From contig JBFJCP010000019.1 in NCBI GenBank assembly GCA_041615815.1, positions 1-64,000 on the forward strand: a stretch of DNA of 64,000 nt, written 5' to 3'. A program made the position numbers and the translations under genes. Below, piece by piece: positions 62,198-64,000 of this stretch. The notes beneath the pieces were generated by a model. It saw only the letters and a program-made list of their open reading frames with translations. It was not told the origin of the DNA and searched no databases. The DNA comes from Gemmatimonadales bacterium (lineage in GTDB: Bacteria; Gemmatimonadota; Gemmatimonadetes; Gemmatimonadales; GWC2-71-9). How positions within the stretch are numbered: position 1 is the first letter of the stretch; every line of letters starts with the position of its first letter.

Positions 62198-64000
62198 CCG
62201 CAGACCTGGAACGATTCTGCCACCGCGGCACTCGTCGACCGTGCCGTGGCGCGGCGCGCACGCGCCCTGGCCGATACCACCCTCCGGGACTATCGCGCTC
62301 GCGCGCATGGCTTTGTCTTCTTTCTGGGACAATTCGGTGAAGGGTTTGCAGAGCCGCCGCGGTTGGTGAAATCCGACGAGCTCGTGCTCGAAGTTTACTG
62401 GAAGGCGCCCGGGCGCAGCAAGCAACGCATTATCGGGTGGCGCGATCGTGAAGACCTTCCGACAGGCATCGAGTATCACCGCGATCATCTCGGCATCGTC
62501 CAAAACAACTTCGACAACCGCATTGGGTTGGGGCACGACGACGAGGTCCGCAACGTTCCCCATCCCCTCGCGCCGGATGGGCCCGAACGGTACGACTACG
62601 CGCTCGTCGACTCCCTCGCCATCCGGTTACCGGGTCGCGTCGTGCAGGTACACGAACTGCTGACACGACCCAAGGAGCCGCGTACGCCCGGTGTGGTGGG
62701 CAGCCTCTACCTCGATGTCGCAACGGCCGAGTTGGTGCGATTCCGTTTCAACTTCACGCGGGCGGCGTACGTGGATCCGTCGTTGGAAGACATCACCATC
62801 GTGCTCGAGAATGGATTGTGGAACGAGCGCTACTGGCTTCCACGGCGGCAGGACATCGAGATTCGGCGCCGCTCCACCTGGCTCGAGCTTCCCGCTCGGG
62901 GCATCATCCGTGGCCGGTGGGAGATTACGGATTACGCCTTCAACGTGGGCCTCGGGGACACCCTATTTGGCGGGTTCCCGATCGTGGCGGCTCCACAGGC
63001 CGAGCGTGATCGGTTCCGCTGGGAAACGCCGCTCGATGCGTCGATTCGGGGGGCGGTGGGACCAGTGGCGGGGGTCGATCTCGACGAGGTCCGTGCGAAG
63101 GTGCGGGACGTAGTTGCCGAAGGAGTCGTGTCTGGCTTGCCGACCGCGCGTCTCAGCGTTGGGGCGTTGTCCGATCTGCTGCACTACAATCGCGTGGAGG
63201 GCCTGACGCCCGGATTGGGGTGGGTGTTCCGTCCGCCGGGCGGTCCCGAAATCCGCGTCTGGGGTGGGTATGGGATCTCGGATGATCGCCTCAAGGCTCG
63301 GATTGCGCTCGCGCGGTCGTTCGGGCGGTATACCCTCGAAGGAGAAGTAGCCCGCGTGATCGAGGACGTGGGCGACGCTCCCGTGATCGCCCCCCTCGTG
63401 AACTCCCTCGTTGCGCAAGAGCTCGGCGATGACTTTGGCGACTATGTCCTGGTCGAGCGCGCTCGCGCGACGCTGCGGCGTCGTTTTGGTCCGGGCAGCG
63501 CGATCTCGCTGACACTCGGGGTCGAGCGCCCTTCCACCGTAGGGGTGGAAGCGACGCCCGCCAGTCATGCTTTTCGTCCGAATCCGGCGCTTGGAGGAGG
63601 GATGTTTGGCGTTGGCATGGTCGAGGCACGGGCGAGGACGACGCGAGCCGGCGGGCTTCGGGCCGATGCGGGTGCAGCGATCGAGTTTGGGTGGGGTGAG
63701 GCATCGTACCGTCGGGTGCGCGCCCATGGATCCGTGGTCTTGGACGTAGGTGGCACGGAGGTTGTGGGCGAATGGGTGGCAGGATGGGCAAGTGTGGAGC
63801 TCCCGCCGCATCGGGCGTTCGTGTTGGGTGGACGCGGGACGCTGATGAGCACGCCGTTTCGCCCCTGGGGCGGACGACGGCTTGCCCTGGGGCGGGTGGA
63901 GTGGCGGTTTGCATTTCCCTTCCCAGCCCTTCAATTGGGGAGCTTCGCCTCCACGGGCCCCCGGGCGGTCGTGGCGCCCTTTCTCGCCGTCGGTGCCGCA
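62138..64000 (+). CDS. Large secreted/outer-membrane protein, 3' truncated by window edge (absent from ORF track)
   Basis: My translation from ATG 62138 gives MRRVACLTTILGLVGPSAAHPQTWNDS... (signal peptide), later YNRVEGL and amphipathic beta strands. Confidence 0.75.
   Translation, partial: MRRVACLTTILGLVGPSAAHPQTWNDSATAALVDRAVARRARALADTTLRDYRARAHGFVFFLGQFGEGFAEPPRLVKSDELVLEVYWKAPGRSKQRIIGWRDREDLPTGIEYHRDHLGIVQNNFDNRIGLGHDDEVRNVPHPLAPDGPERYDYALVDSLAIRLPGRVVQVHELLTRPKEPRTPGVVGSLYLDVATAELVRFRFNFTRAAYVDPSLEDITIVLENGLWNERYWLPRRQDIEIRRRSTWLELPARGIIRGRWEITDYAFNVGLGDTLFGGFPIVAAPQAERDRFRWETPLDASIRGAVGPVAGVDLDEVRAKVRDVVAEGVVSGLPTARLSVGALSDLLHYNRVEGLTPGLGWVFRPPGGPEIRVWGGYGISDDRLKARIALARSFGRYTLEGEVARVIEDVGDAPVIAPLVNSLVAQELGDDFGDYVLVERARATLRRRFGPGSAISLTLGVERPSTVGVEATPASHAFRPNPALGGGMFGVGMVEARARTTRAGGLRADAGAAIEFGWGEASYRRVRAHGSVVLDVGGTEVVGEWVAGWASVELPPHRAFVLGGRGTLMSTPFRPWGGRRLALGRVEWRFAFPFPALQLGSFASTGPRAVVAPFLAVGAA

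Overview
GC-rich, gene-dense bacterial core-chromosome segment with about 60 mostly housekeeping CDSs. Gene content and style suggest Gemmatimonadota, which is an inference. I saw no rRNA, tRNA, CRISPR array, integrase or transposase. Main blocks: LeuA-like/DUF885/MFS; a CC-terminated small protein + ArsA/Get3-like ATPase + CstA cluster split by a second Fpg-family glycosylase; SDR/enoyl-CoA hydratase/IDH-family/acyl-CoA dehydrogenase; MarR-SRPBCC-DUF3052; ligA-polX; CDGSH-corA; etfB-etfA-ETF:QO; PTPS-mobA-moeA; guaB; an AGCS symporter; nrnA-mrp; an ECF sigma/anti-sigma envelope operon; late menaquinone genes (menG, UbiD/UbiA/UbiX); a minus-strand overlap-coupled operon (M48 peptidase, purD, mutM, ATP-grasp ligase, 4x zinc-ribbon metallopeptidase, Cho-like nuclease, Ca/Na antiporter); metB-like; glmM-glmS-dtd-maf; FHA-GAF adenylate cyclase; trpE; and an outer-membrane protein running off the right edge. 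The best candidates for under-described biology are (1) the ATP-grasp ligase + zinc-ribbon peptidase pair between two DNA-repair genes, (2) the CC-terminated protein/Cys-free ArsA/CstA module, (3) an ECF operon with a perfect SigW-type promoter overlapping the sigma gene's stop codon, (4) recurrent leaderless-gene architecture, including a perfect 33-bp palindromic operator at marR, and (5) an SDR gene that seems to need a non-canonical ACG start. Product calls come from motif recognition, not database searches.
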